Shown in pieces: positions 55,371-64,000 of a DNA stretch of 64,000 nt. Numbering within the stretch: position 1 is the first letter of the stretch; each line of letters begins with the position of its first letter. This stretch comes from an archaeon. GTDB taxonomy: Archaea > Micrarchaeota > Micrarchaeia > Norongarragalinales > UBA97. The DNA is taken from NCBI GenBank assembly GCA_020057405.1, contig JAGVFW010000004.1, positions 32,001 through 96,000 of the forward strand, written 5' to 3'. A program made the translations under genes and the position numbers. The notes under the pieces were generated by a model that saw only the letters and a list, made by a program, of their open reading frames with translations, was not told the origin of the DNA and searched no databases.

Positions 55371-56582
55371 ATGTCAATTGATGCGAAGAGCAAGGAAGTT
55401 TACGAGTTCAAGAAGCAGCTAAAAGCACTGGAAAGCTACCGCGGCAGGGGCACCGAGCTCATCACAGTCTACATCACCCCCGGCTACCAAATCAGCGACA
55501 TCATGGGCAAGCTAAAAGAGGAAGCCGGCCAGGCGACCAACATCAAGAGCACGGGAACGCGCAACAACGTTACCGACGCGCTTGCCAAGATTATTGCGTA
55601 TCTAAAAAACTTCAAGACTCCGCCACAAAACGGCATGGCGATATTCTGCGGCAACGTCTCGGAAACCGAAGGCAAGCCGGACATCCAGCTCTTTAGCATC
55701 GAGCCTCCGGCGCCACTGCACGTGCAGTTCTACCGCTGCGAAAGCATCTTCGTGCTGGACCCGCTAAGGGAGCTCATCGAGCACGAGGGCGCCTACGGAT
55801 TGGTCGTGATGGACGGAAAGGAAGCGACGGTCGCGGTCCTTCGCGGCAAGAACATCAAGGTCATCAAGCAAATCCACTCGACGGCTCACGCAAAAACTCA
55901 CAAAGGCGGCCAAAGTGCCGCACGATTCCAGCGCCTTCGCGAGGAAGGCATCGAGTGGTTCCAGGAACGAATAGGCGAGGCAATGAACGCGTTTCTTGAA
56001 GTCAAGGGGTTCAAGGGCGTGATTGCCGGCGGGCCGGGCCCCGCGAAAGAGGATTTCATCAAAGCAAAGCCTTTCAACTACCAGCTAAAGATTCTCGCAG
56101 TCGTTGACACGGGCTATACCGACGAGTACGGCCTGCGCGAACTGCTCGACAAGGCGGGAGAAGTCATTTCCGAGCAGGAATCGGTCGTCGAGAAGAAACT
56201 GGTTGCGGAGTTCATGAGCCAGGCCGCGCGAGGGGGCGCCGTAGTCTACGGCTACGACGCGGTAAAGCAGGCGATTGAGGCCAACCAAGCCAAGCAAGTG
56301 CTTGTGACCGAGAACCAGAACTTCTACAAGCTCGACCTGCAGTGCTCGGCCTGCAACTTCACTTCGACGATGACAAGCACGAACAACATTTTCGAGTCCG
56401 ACTGCCCCAACTGCAAGAGCGGCAAGCTAAGGAGCGTCAAAAGCACCGACTTGATTAACGAGCTAATCGGCATGGCCGAGGACCGGTCTGTGCCGGTTGA
56501 AATGATTTCAAACGAGACTAGCGAAGGCGAGCAGTTCGCCGGCGGCTTCCACGGCATCGGCGCTTTCCTAAGGTATAAATAG
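55371..56582 (+). CDS. prf1: Peptide chain release factor aRF1
   Basis: GRGTELIT, NIKS, YRC, GGQSAARF. Confidence 0.97.
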   Translation: MSIDAKSKEVYEFKKQLKALESYRGRGTELITVYITPGYQISDIMGKLKEEAGQATNIKSTGTRNNVTDALAKIIAYLKNFKTPPQNGMAIFCGNVSETEGKPDIQLFSIEPPAPLHVQFYRCESIFVLDPLRELIEHEGAYGLVVMDGKEATVAVLRGKNIKVIKQIHSTAHAKTHKGGQSAARFQRLREEGIEWFQERIGEAMNAFLEVKGFKGVIAGGPGPAKEDFIKAKPFNYQLKILAVVDTGYTDEYGLRELLDKAGEVISEQESVVEKKLVAEFMSQAARGGAVVYGYDAVKQAIEANQAKQVLVTENQNFYKLDLQCSACNFTSTMTSTNNIFESDCPNCKSGKLRSVKSTDLINELIGMAEDRSVPVEMISNETSEGEQFAGGFHGIGAFLRYK

Positions 56583-56607
56583 GCTAAAAATCGAGAGAGT
56601 AATCAAA

Positions 56608-56859
56608 ATGGGCCTGCTTGAAAACATCGGAAACAACATTGTCGAGAGCCTCACGAGCAGCCTGCGCAGGTTCGCGTCGTTCATATTCCTGCTATTCGCC
56701 TTAGGCGTCGCCTACGGCGCCCTCATCATCACGCACAACCCGGCAATGCTCGTCTGGGCAATCGGCATACCCGTCCTCCTAGCCGTTCTCGCCTACTTCA
56801 ACACCGCCTTTGCGGTCATCAGCTTCATCCTGCTCGGACTACTGCTGCTAGTGTTCTAA
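56608..56859 (+). CDS. Small membrane protein
   Basis: 83 aa, about 3 hydrophobic segments. Confidence 0.65.
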   Translation: MGLLENIGNNIVESLTSSLRRFASFIFLLFALGVAYGALIITHNPAMLVWAIGIPVLLAVLAYFNTAFAVISFILLGLLLLVF

Positions 56860-56945
56860 AGCGGTAAAGGAAAGGGCATAAGCCATTTTAAGCACTGGCG
56901 CGGTACTTTCTCTGGCGCGGCAACCTGCGCCGGAAATGCACGGGA

Positions 56946-57617
56946 ATGAAACTACAACCGCCATCGTTTGACCGCGAGCAAGTCCTCTTGACGCTAGACA
57001 AGCTTTTGGGCGTCAACCGCAAGTCCCACGCAAAGGAACACAAACTCAAGTGGAAACTCCCCGAACAAAGACTTTCGTTTTCACTCAAGGACGCCGAACT
57101 CACCGTCGCGGGCCTAAAGAAAAACAGCGTGCGCTTCGTAGGGGGAGGGGAATACTCGGAAATAGTGCACGCCAAGGACATGGGCGGAATGTTCGCCTAC
57201 ATGCTCGTCCGCACCGACTCGAAAACAGAAGAAGAGACTATTGTCGCCGAGACTTACATGCTGCAGGAAGAAGACAAGCTCGGCTTTGACATCACAAGCG
57301 CATTCAAGTTCGCCGAAGACCTCGAACAAATCGGTTACGTGAAGGCATTTGACCGCGAGTACGACGTGTGGCGCTTCCTCTACTTCGAAGTGCCGGTCAC
57401 AGTTTACGCAATCAGGGGCTTTGGTGACTTCCTTGAGCTCGCACTGCCGGCAACCAACTTCCCGCGCCAACGCGAGCGGGCGCAAAAGCACGCTTACGAA
57501 CTTGCCGAAAAGCTTGGCTTCAAGAAGGAAGAGGCAATGGGCACCGACGTCGTCACCCTCCAGCTAGCAGCCATGATGGACGCGGCGCAAAAAGGCGGGC
57601 AAAAGCAAAGGCGCTGA
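56946..57617 (+). CDS. CYTH-like (class IV adenylate cyclase fold) protein, divergent
   Basis: EHKLK, L..IGY......R.Y, IRGFGDFLEL, LGF. Confidence 0.6.
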   Translation: MKLQPPSFDREQVLLTLDKLLGVNRKSHAKEHKLKWKLPEQRLSFSLKDAELTVAGLKKNSVRFVGGGEYSEIVHAKDMGGMFAYMLVRTDSKTEEETIVAETYMLQEEDKLGFDITSAFKFAEDLEQIGYVKAFDREYDVWRFLYFEVPVTVYAIRGFGDFLELALPATNFPRQRERAQKHAYELAEKLGFKKEEAMGTDVVTLQLAAMMDAAQKGGQKQRR

Positions 57618-57742
57618 AGCGCAGCCAAGGATAGTTCAAATCCCTCCACGCAGCCTGTATCTTTCTAGGGTCTTCCATTTTCTTTAAGGAATGGCCTAAG
57701 GAAAAGCAAGCATTAAATAGATTAGGAAAGTTAAGTTATTTT

Positions 57743-58669
57743 ATGAAAATTCTTGCGGCAATAGCCGTTATATTGGCCCTCGTAATGCTCGGTTGCTTGA
57801 CTAATTCGACATCCCAAAACGATGTTTTGCCAGAAAACCAAACCACGCCAACGCCATCTTCCAGCATTGCCGCCTCCCCTACCGCCAGCCCTAGCACTAT
57901 CGGCTACCCGAAGATAGGCGGGTCCAATGAAAAAATCATTCGACCACAAGAATGTCCGGACAAAGCAAGATTTGTTATAGAACAAAAAGGATTTGCAGAT
58001 ATACGCTCATGTCGGCAGCAAGAACAAGCCATTGACGGCAAAACTGCTTGGTTTGTTGAAATTTATTATGGTCCTGGAATGGATTGTCCTGCGGGATGTA
58101 TTTATGCTAAATTTCTAGGGATAGTGGACGGAACAGAAATTCATGAACTGGGGCTTGCCCCCCGAATTAATTTCAACGATTTTATTCAGGAGGTATGTGG
58201 CTCTGAAACTAAAATTATCAAATATAAAGATACTTACAAATGGGCGGTTTTCTTTAATGGAACCCCGGGTGGGAAAGCGGTTTACCTAATAAATGAAACG
58301 ATTACTAAGCCTGGACTTGAATACCCGTATTCAGGATGGGACGGATGGGACACGACAGAACTTACTATAAACGAATATATCGCTCCGAAAATATGCAGTG
58401 AGGGTAATTGTCACCCGTACCTTGGCCCATATCACTACCTGGATTTTGATGAGTTTATGGCCGTCAAAGGGACCGAACTGTTCGACAATCTGGGAATTAA
58501 TATATCTCAATTACAAAGAACCAACAATAGAGCTACGGTGGAAGTGAAGTGCGTAGATAAAAAAGCTATCGCAGATGTCGAAATTCTTGATAATAAAACT
58601 AATTGTAAATACAAATTCAACTTGCATTTAGATGGCAGTAATGATGACTACCTAGGATGTAAGCCTTAA
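57743..58669 (+). CDS. Cys-rich putative lipoprotein, AT-rich (likely acquired)
   Basis: LVMLGC lipobox, S/T/P linker, GMDCPAGC. Confidence 0.7.
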   Translation: MKILAAIAVILALVMLGCLTNSTSQNDVLPENQTTPTPSSSIAASPTASPSTIGYPKIGGSNEKIIRPQECPDKARFVIEQKGFADIRSCRQQEQAIDGKTAWFVEIYYGPGMDCPAGCIYAKFLGIVDGTEIHELGLAPRINFNDFIQEVCGSETKIIKYKDTYKWAVFFNGTPGGKAVYLINETITKPGLEYPYSGWDGWDTTELTINEYIAPKICSEGNCHPYLGPYHYLDFDEFMAVKGTELFDNLGINISQLQRTNNRATVEVKCVDKKAIADVEILDNKTNCKYKFNLHLDGSNDDYLGCKP

Positions 58670-58766
58670 ACAACAAATACAATTGTTCATGTGGAATTGG
58701 GCCTGATTTTACGGGGTGTTCTTCTAGCCCATATCTAAGCTTACTCCCCCTGCACTTAGTCCCAGT

Positions 58767-59276
58767 CTATTCGAAACACTTTTTGAACAGCTCCCTAACG
58801 CGTTTTTTCTTCGCTTTAGTCGCCCTAACTGCTACCACGCCCTTGTTGGGCTGGCCGTAGAAGAGAAGCGAGCCTTCGGGAACCGCGAGCAGTAAAGGCA
58901 GGAGGAGCAGGTCTTCCTCGCCGTCAACGAAGATAACGGCGGGGCGGCCGCTTACGGCAGCGCTTACTGCAGCCTTGACTGCCTTTTGCGCGCCTGTGGA
59001 AATAGTGCCCGCGGGGTTCTTGCACTTGAATGAAACTGATTTGAGCGCGCGGAGTTTTTTTGCCAGCCTCACTTCAATGGGCTTTCGCTGGACTTGAAAG
59101 TCGACTATTGAAATACTTGGAACAAAATGGGAGAGAAAAAGGAGTGTCGTGACATCCCCGACAGTAGCGGTGAGGTCCTCACGCGTTGATTGGAAGAGAG
59201 TGACGGCATCGCGGGAAGAGAGCAGGCGTCCGAGTGGCCTTTTGAGGAACCGTCGGAACGCGGGCTTAAGCTTCAT
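58767..59276 (-). CDS. DUF359 GTP-dependent dephospho-CoA kinase
   Basis: LKRPLG, VGDVT, NPAGTI, DGEEDL, YGQP..G. Confidence 0.9.
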   Translation of the reverse strand: MKLKPAFRRFLKRPLGRLLSSRDAVTLFQSTREDLTATVGDVTTLLFLSHFVPSISIVDFQVQRKPIEVRLAKKLRALKSVSFKCKNPAGTISTGAQKAVKAAVSAAVSGRPAVIFVDGEEDLLLLPLLLAVPEGSLLFYGQPNKGVVAVRATKAKKKRVRELFKKCFE

Positions 59277-59301
59277 CGCGAAAGTCCTTCTTTGAAGAGT
59301 T

Positions 59302-59433
59302 TTACTCGTCGCCGCCGTCGTCGTCTTCGTCCCACTCTTCGTCTTCGTCCCAATCCTCTTCGTCATCCGAGTCGTCGTCTTCGGCCATCTTGAAGACGGG
59401 TGGGAATGAGTAGGGTAGTCCATACATTTTCAT
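59302..59433 (-). CDS. 43-aa extremely acidic microprotein
   Basis: MKMYGLPYSFPPVFKMAEDDDSDDEEDWDEDEEWDEDDDGGDE; GAGGTGA SD upstream. Confidence 0.6.
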   Translation of the reverse strand: MKMYGLPYSFPPVFKMAEDDDSDDEEDWDEDEEWDEDDDGGDE

Positions 59434-59478
59434 TTGGTGAGTCACCTCTGCAAAGTCTATTTAATTATCTGCAGTCGT

Positions 59479-60039
59479 TTATAAACCTTTTCCACCGGAG
59501 CGGGTTGCGAGGCCCGAAAGCGGCGGTTTGACCAGCAAGGCCGTCCAGTCGACTGAATCGCTTTTTCGGCTCTTTACCCGGTTTAGGAGAAATTTTGGAG
59601 TCCTTCGCTTGGTGGCGTCCACTTGAATGACTTTTTGGCTACCGTAGCTGCCTTCGGCCTTCAGGACGCAGTAGTCGAGGGCTTCCGCAACAGCATTGTC
59701 GGCCGCCTTTTGCTTGCCGTAGCCGCGTTTGGCGTAGCGCTTAAGGAGCACGCGCGGGTCGCATCGCAGCACGAGAACGGCGTCGGCCGGGAGCGCAAAC
59801 TCGCAGAGCAAATGGCCCTCGACGACGATGGAGTGGCTGGCTGAAAACCGCTTCAGAAGAGCCTTGCGGAGCTTCCTTAAGTCGACAGTGAGCTCGTTTT
59901 CGCCCCTTGCTTTCTTGGCGGCGCCAATTTCCTTGGCCAGGTCGTTGGCGTGAACTAGCTCGGCGTCAAGGAGCTTGGCTAGTGCCTTCGAAATTGTGGT
60001 CTTGCCCGCCGCGGGCACCCCAGTGATGACGAGTCGCAT
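59479..60039 (-). CDS. Adenylate kinase AK6/Fap7 family
   Basis: ITGVPAAGKTT, VVEGH, VLRC, RGY...K..DN. Confidence 0.9.
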   Translation of the reverse strand: MRLVITGVPAAGKTTISKALAKLLDAELVHANDLAKEIGAAKKARGENELTVDLRKLRKALLKRFSASHSIVVEGHLLCEFALPADAVLVLRCDPRVLLKRYAKRGYGKQKAADNAVAEALDYCVLKAEGSYGSQKVIQVDATKRRTPKFLLNRVKSRKSDSVDWTALLVKPPLSGLATRSGGKGL

Positions 60040-60049
60040 TATTTCCACT

Positions 60050-61945
60050 TTACTTTAAGCGTATGCTGTCGAGGTTCATAGGCACTTGCGTCTGCACGTG
60101 CAGCATGCGGTTTAGCGTGCGCGCAAGCTCTTCGCACTTGCCTTCCTCGCCGTGCATGGTCATGATGCGGGATGGCTTTGGCCGCAGGTTTCGCGTCCAT
60201 GCAAGCAATTGCGGCCTGTCCGAGTGGCCCGAGAAGCCGTCGAGAGTGAAGTTGGTGAGCTTGACGTGGATGGACTCCTGCTTGTTGGCGCTGTTTAGCA
60301 CAGGCACTTCGCGCTCGCCGTGCTGAATCTTGCGGCCAAGGGTGAGGGCCGCCTGGTAGCCGACGAAGACAAGCGAGTTGCGCTCGTCGTGGGCCATCAT
60401 CTTGAGGTACTCGACACTCGGTCCGCCCGTAAGCATGCCGCTTGGGGCGACGATGACACACGGGTCGTCGCTCTCAACTATCGCCTTTCGCTGGTCGTTG
60501 TTCTTCACGCTCTTGAACATGGGCTTGTCAAACGGCGAGTCGTTCTGCAGGATGCGGCGCTGCACGTTTCTGCGCAGGTACTCGGGATAGACGGTGTGGA
60601 TGGCGCTAGACTCTTTGACCATGCCGTCAAGGTAGACGGTGAAGTCCGGGTCCTTGAACTTTTCCTCAAGCACGAGCATTACCTCTTGCGCGCGGCCCGA
60701 GGCGATGACTGGAATGAGCACTTTGCCGCGCTTGGCGACAGTCTGGGCGACGATTTCGGCAAGCTTGGTCTCGCTTTCCTCAAGCCTTGGCTTGATGTCG
60801 GCGTGCCCGCCGTAAGTCGACTCGATTAAGAGCGTTTCCACGCGTGGGAAGTTGGTTGACGCCGGCTCGCAAAGTTTCGTGCGGCCGTACTTGAGGTCGG
60901 CACTATAGACTAAGTTGTGCATGCCCTCGCCGATGTGAAGGTGCACCATGGCACTCCCCAGCATGTGGCCCGCGTTGTGGAAGGTGAAGCGGATGTCGTT
61001 AGTCACGTCGGTGACTTCGCCGTACTCGCGAGTGATGATGTGCGCGAGCTGTTTTTTGATGTCGCGCTCGCCAAAGGGTGCCTTGCCCGTCTCGCTGTGC
61101 ATGACGTTGATGCAGTCCTGCTGGAGCAACACCATCATGTCGCGGGTCGGGGGCGTGACGTAAGTCGGTCCTTCGTAGCCGTAGGCGTAGAGGTAGGGCA
61201 CGAAGCCGCTGTGGTCAAGGTGGGCGTGGGAAATGATGACTGCGTCGATTTGCTCAAGCGAGAGGCCCATGGCGTTAAGGTACGGATACGCTCGGCTGGC
61301 GTCGCTGGTGTCGATGTTGATGCCGCAGTCGATAATGACGTTGGAATTAGGCGTTTGCAAGAGAAAACAGCTTCGGCCGACTTCGCGGAATCCGCCAAGG
61401 GCGGTGATTTTGACCCACTCGCAGGGCTTTCCGGGAATGGTGAAGAGCTTCTTGCCTAAGTTTACGAGGAACTTCTTGCGCTGTTCGCTCATCGTGTGGC
61501 TCGCACCCCGTATGGCTGCAATAGTCTCGCTGGGCATTGTCGGCGAGCGCAGCACCCGGGGCGACCAGCCGGTTGCCAGGATGATGGACTTTAGCACAGA
61601 GCCCTGCTTGCCGATGACAATGCCGGGCTTCATCGTCTCAATGATGACTTCGTTGAAGTTCGGGTCAAAGTGGATGTCCTTTACGCCGGCTTCCTCGGGA
61701 ATGAGTTCCTTTAGCTTGGCCATGGCGCGCTCAACGGGCATTAGGACGCTTGAGTCGGCGCGCACGACGATTTTCTTGCGCAGCTTGCCCGCTATGCGGG
61801 TGATAAGGTGCTCGTCGGAGTAAAACGCCTGCATGTTCTTGATGTAGATGACAATCTGGGGGCCCTCGAGCTCGACTTTGACGAGTTCGCAGGCTTGGGG
61901 CAGGACTGACTTGACTGTTTCTTCGATTTCCTTTAAGCCACTCAT
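60050..61945 (-). CDS. Beta-CASP ribonuclease aCPSF1 (FttA)
   Basis: KH domains, LGGFREVGRS, HAHLDHSG, AGH.LGS, FSGHSD. Confidence 0.95.
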   Translation of the reverse strand: MSGLKEIEETVKSVLPQACELVKVELEGPQIVIYIKNMQAFYSDEHLITRIAGKLRKKIVVRADSSVLMPVERAMAKLKELIPEEAGVKDIHFDPNFNEVIIETMKPGIVIGKQGSVLKSIILATGWSPRVLRSPTMPSETIAAIRGASHTMSEQRKKFLVNLGKKLFTIPGKPCEWVKITALGGFREVGRSCFLLQTPNSNVIIDCGINIDTSDASRAYPYLNAMGLSLEQIDAVIISHAHLDHSGFVPYLYAYGYEGPTYVTPPTRDMMVLLQQDCINVMHSETGKAPFGERDIKKQLAHIITREYGEVTDVTNDIRFTFHNAGHMLGSAMVHLHIGEGMHNLVYSADLKYGRTKLCEPASTNFPRVETLLIESTYGGHADIKPRLEESETKLAEIVAQTVAKRGKVLIPVIASGRAQEVMLVLEEKFKDPDFTVYLDGMVKESSAIHTVYPEYLRRNVQRRILQNDSPFDKPMFKSVKNNDQRKAIVESDDPCVIVAPSGMLTGGPSVEYLKMMAHDERNSLVFVGYQAALTLGRKIQHGEREVPVLNSANKQESIHVKLTNFTLDGFSGHSDRPQLLAWTRNLRPKPSRIMTMHGEEGKCEELARTLNRMLHVQTQVPMNLDSIRLK

Positions 61946-62045
61946 AGTAATTTTCCTCTTTTCAGATATAACTCGAGCTAATGCGCTTATACTGTAAACT
62001 AACGGGGTTGCCTCCCAAATTTCAGGGTTGGTGAAAATCTTTGTT

Positions 62046-62675
62046 TTACGAAAGCGCGGGTATGACCGGAGCGGTCTTGTACTTCTTAATCGAGTCGCGG
62101 CTGATTGCAACCACGTCGATTCCCTCGCCGCTTGCGCTGTCGCGCTTGATTGCCGCGCGGATTGCCCGCTTGGCCAGCTCGACGGCGTCCTCTTCCTTCA
62201 TGCCTTCCTTAAAGCCGTCGTCAAGCACGCCGTACGCGACGATGCTGCCGCTCCCAGTTGACGTGTATTTCTCCTCAAGCAATCCGCCGAAGAGGTCGAC
62301 GTCAAAGAGGCGGGGCGCCGTGTCGTAGCCGCCGATGATGATTTGGACGATGTACGGGAAGTACTTGCTTCCCTGCAAGACGTTTGCAAGAAGCGTCGCC
62401 GAGCCCTGGATTGAGAGAGCCTCGCCGCTTGAATACTTGTACATCTCAAGCTCTGCGCGAAGCAGCCGCGCGAGTGACTGCGCGTCGCCAACCCCACCGG
62501 CGGTAGTGATTGCAATTCTATCGCCGACGGGGAGAATCTTCTCGACGTCCTTGCTTGCGATGAAGGTGCCCATGGTCGCGCGCTTTTCAGCGGCAAGGAT
62601 TACGCCCTTGTCGTAGACTATGCCGACAGTCGTAGTGCCCTTGAACTTCTTGTCTTCAGCGCTGTTATCATTCAT
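62046..62675 (-). CDS. psmB: Proteasome beta subunit
   Basis: KGTTTVG, RATMG, GSGS, RDSASG. Confidence 0.96.
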   Translation of the reverse strand: MNDNSAEDKKFKGTTTVGIVYDKGVILAAEKRATMGTFIASKDVEKILPVGDRIAITTAGGVGDAQSLARLLRAELEMYKYSSGEALSIQGSATLLANVLQGSKYFPYIVQIIIGGYDTAPRLFDVDLFGGLLEEKYTSTGSGSIVAYGVLDDGFKEGMKEEDAVELAKRAIRAAIKRDSASGEGIDVVAISRDSIKKYKTAPVIPALS

Positions 62676-62749
62676 GCGCTACCACCCCATGATAGAAACC
62701 GAAACGGATTGCAACACACCTTTGTTCCCAAAAATATTTAAACCATCTG

Positions 62750-63385
62750 TTATACCGAGTCTGGCGACTCGTAGTCCTCACAGAACGAAACCGTCTTCAC
62801 TCCGGGCACGTATCTCAGGCAGCGGGCGACAAACCCGAGCTTTCGGGAAATGAAGTCAGTGTCCTTTCGCACGCCAGCGGATGCGGAGACCTTGACAACG
62901 GAGCCCTCAAGCACTGCAGTGCAGCCCGAAAGCATGTGCTCCTGCATGCCAGTCACCTTGTCTGCCGGAGTCGAGAAAGACTTTTGGATGGTAAACTCGT
63001 ACTCAACCAGCTTACCCGCCAGCTCGTGGTTAAAGTCAACGCGAACCCTGCCGCCGCTAACGCTTTGGATGCGCGCAGGCACGCCGTCAAGCTCTACGGG
63101 CAGTCCCGCAACGGGCTCTAGGCCCTGGCGGTGGAACTGCTCAAGGGGAATTAAGCGAACCGCGTCGTCACGGCGCTCGCCAAAAGCATTCTCTGGAGCG
63201 AGGGAAACTTTAGTCGCCGAACCCACCTCAGCAGCGAGCAGGGCATCATCGAGGCCCTTGACAACCTGGCCCTCGCCGGCAAATACGACTAGGGGCTTTT
63301 CGCTCTTCTCGAACACTGCACCGCCAGCACTGCCAGTAATCATGACTTCAATAAGATCGCCTTTCGAAACCTTCACTAAAACCAC
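62750..63385 (-). CDS. FKBP-type peptidyl-prolyl isomerase (SlyD-like)
   Basis: G..VKGLDDAL, PENAFGER, VDFNHELAGK. Confidence 0.9.
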   Translation of the reverse strand: MVLVKVSKGDLIEVMITGSAGGAVFEKSEKPLVVFAGEGQVVKGLDDALLAAEVGSATKVSLAPENAFGERRDDAVRLIPLEQFHRQGLEPVAGLPVELDGVPARIQSVSGGRVRVDFNHELAGKLVEYEFTIQKSFSTPADKVTGMQEHMLSGCTAVLEGSVVKVSASAGVRKDTDFISRKLGFVARCLRYVPGVKTVSFCEDYESPDSV

Positions 63386-63388
63386 CCT

Positions 63389-64000
63389 CTAGTTTGACGA
63401 ATTGGAATCATTGAAACCGCCCGCAGGCGAAGGCGTTGCCGACGGCAGCGGCGTTGCAGTCAAGTTTCCGCCAGTCGAATTACCCGTTGAATTGCCAGTC
63501 GAGTTGCCGATAGTGCCGTTAGTCGCGTTGCCCGTCGTCTCGTTTGCCGGCGGGTTGGCGGTTATCTCGCCGACGTTTTGCTCCTCGGCAACCATGTCCG
63601 TGATTTGGGCTCCCGTTAGGGTGACGGAAATGTAGACTAGAACCGTGTCGTTGACCCGCGTCGAAATCGCCTCGAGATAGGCAGGAACGCCGGCCAAATT
63701 CGCCGTCTGAAGGCCGTAGCCCCTCGCCTCAAGCGGGTAAATCGTCCGGTTGCCTTGGATAGCGCTGTCGGGAGCGGCCTGCAGGACTACAGGGCCAGTA
63801 AAATCTATGAGCGACGAGCGCAGGACCTTCAGGTTAGTGCACCTGGAAACCGAAGCCGCGGCCACATTGGCAGCAATCGCACTTCCGTCCCGAGTGGCGT
63901 TTAGAACAACAATGAAGAGCTCTGGACTGGCTTTGAAGGCAGTTGAAACGCCTGAGATGGACTCAAGCGCAGCCAGTTCGTCGGCTGCAGGGGACCCGCA
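63389..64000 (-). CDS. C-terminal part of a hypothetical exported glycoprotein
   Basis: Frame open to the window edge; GNST/GNAT repeats and TP-rich tail. Confidence 0.6.
   Translation of the reverse strand, partial: CGSPAADELAALESISGVSTAFKASPELFIVVLNATRDGSAIAANVAAASVSRCTNLKVLRSSLIDFTGPVVLQAAPDSAIQGNRTIYPLEARGYGLQTANLAGVPAYLEAISTRVNDTVLVYISVTLTGAQITDMVAEEQNVGEITANPPANETTGNATNGTIGNSTGNSTGNSTGGNLTATPLPSATPSPAGGFNDSNSSN

Noticed and set aside
57628-57650. GTTCAAATCC resembling a tRNA T-loop or att remnant beside the AT-rich gene
   Set aside because: The flanking T-stem does not pair and it matches no tRNA 3' end in the window.
59277-59423. N-terminal extension of the DUF359 ORF in the ORF track
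   Set aside because: The Thr/Lys-rich text is an off-frame reading of the acidic microprotein; the likely start is 59276.
63430-63560. GNST/TP tandem repeats here and at 37195-37265
   Set aside because: Ordinary low-complexity glycosylated linkers of surface proteins, not DNA repeat elements.
1-64000. CRISPR arrays, rRNA genes, transposases, integrases
   Set aside because: No regularly spaced repeats, rRNA signatures or recombinase motifs were seen.

Overview
Archaeal chromosomal DNA. It carries EF-1alpha/EF-2, rpoH-B''-B'-A, an exosome/proteasome/RNase P superoperon, aRF1, aCPSF1 and intron-containing tRNAs. Compact gene content and many orphans suggest a DPANN lineage, probably Micrarchaeota (inference). 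Bases 1-11.3 kb form an accessory metal/thiol island. It holds CopA with two CopZ, an HMA-Met-rich membrane protein, a cupredoxin, a membrane-anchored wHTH regulator and a BlaI/BlaR1-like pair. That pair is divergent from an operon of uncharacterised Cys/His-rich exported proteins and microproteins, several missing from the ORF track. The rest is mostly core genes with interspersed orphans. Best novel signals: (1) a TPP riboswitch at ~32363-32452 (-) that overlaps the SD of an uncharacterised 96-aa, internally duplicated membrane protein; (2) the BlaI-controlled Cys-rich operon; (3) tRNA-Asp with a non-canonical 10/11 intron next to a free-standing LAGLIDADG gene; (4) a multi-stem structured element abutting tRNA-Pro; (5) SLT-like and TIKI/ChaN-like orphan enzymes; (6) a fused, trimmed RpoA with NADYDGD. 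All assignments come from reading motifs by eye; no searches were run.
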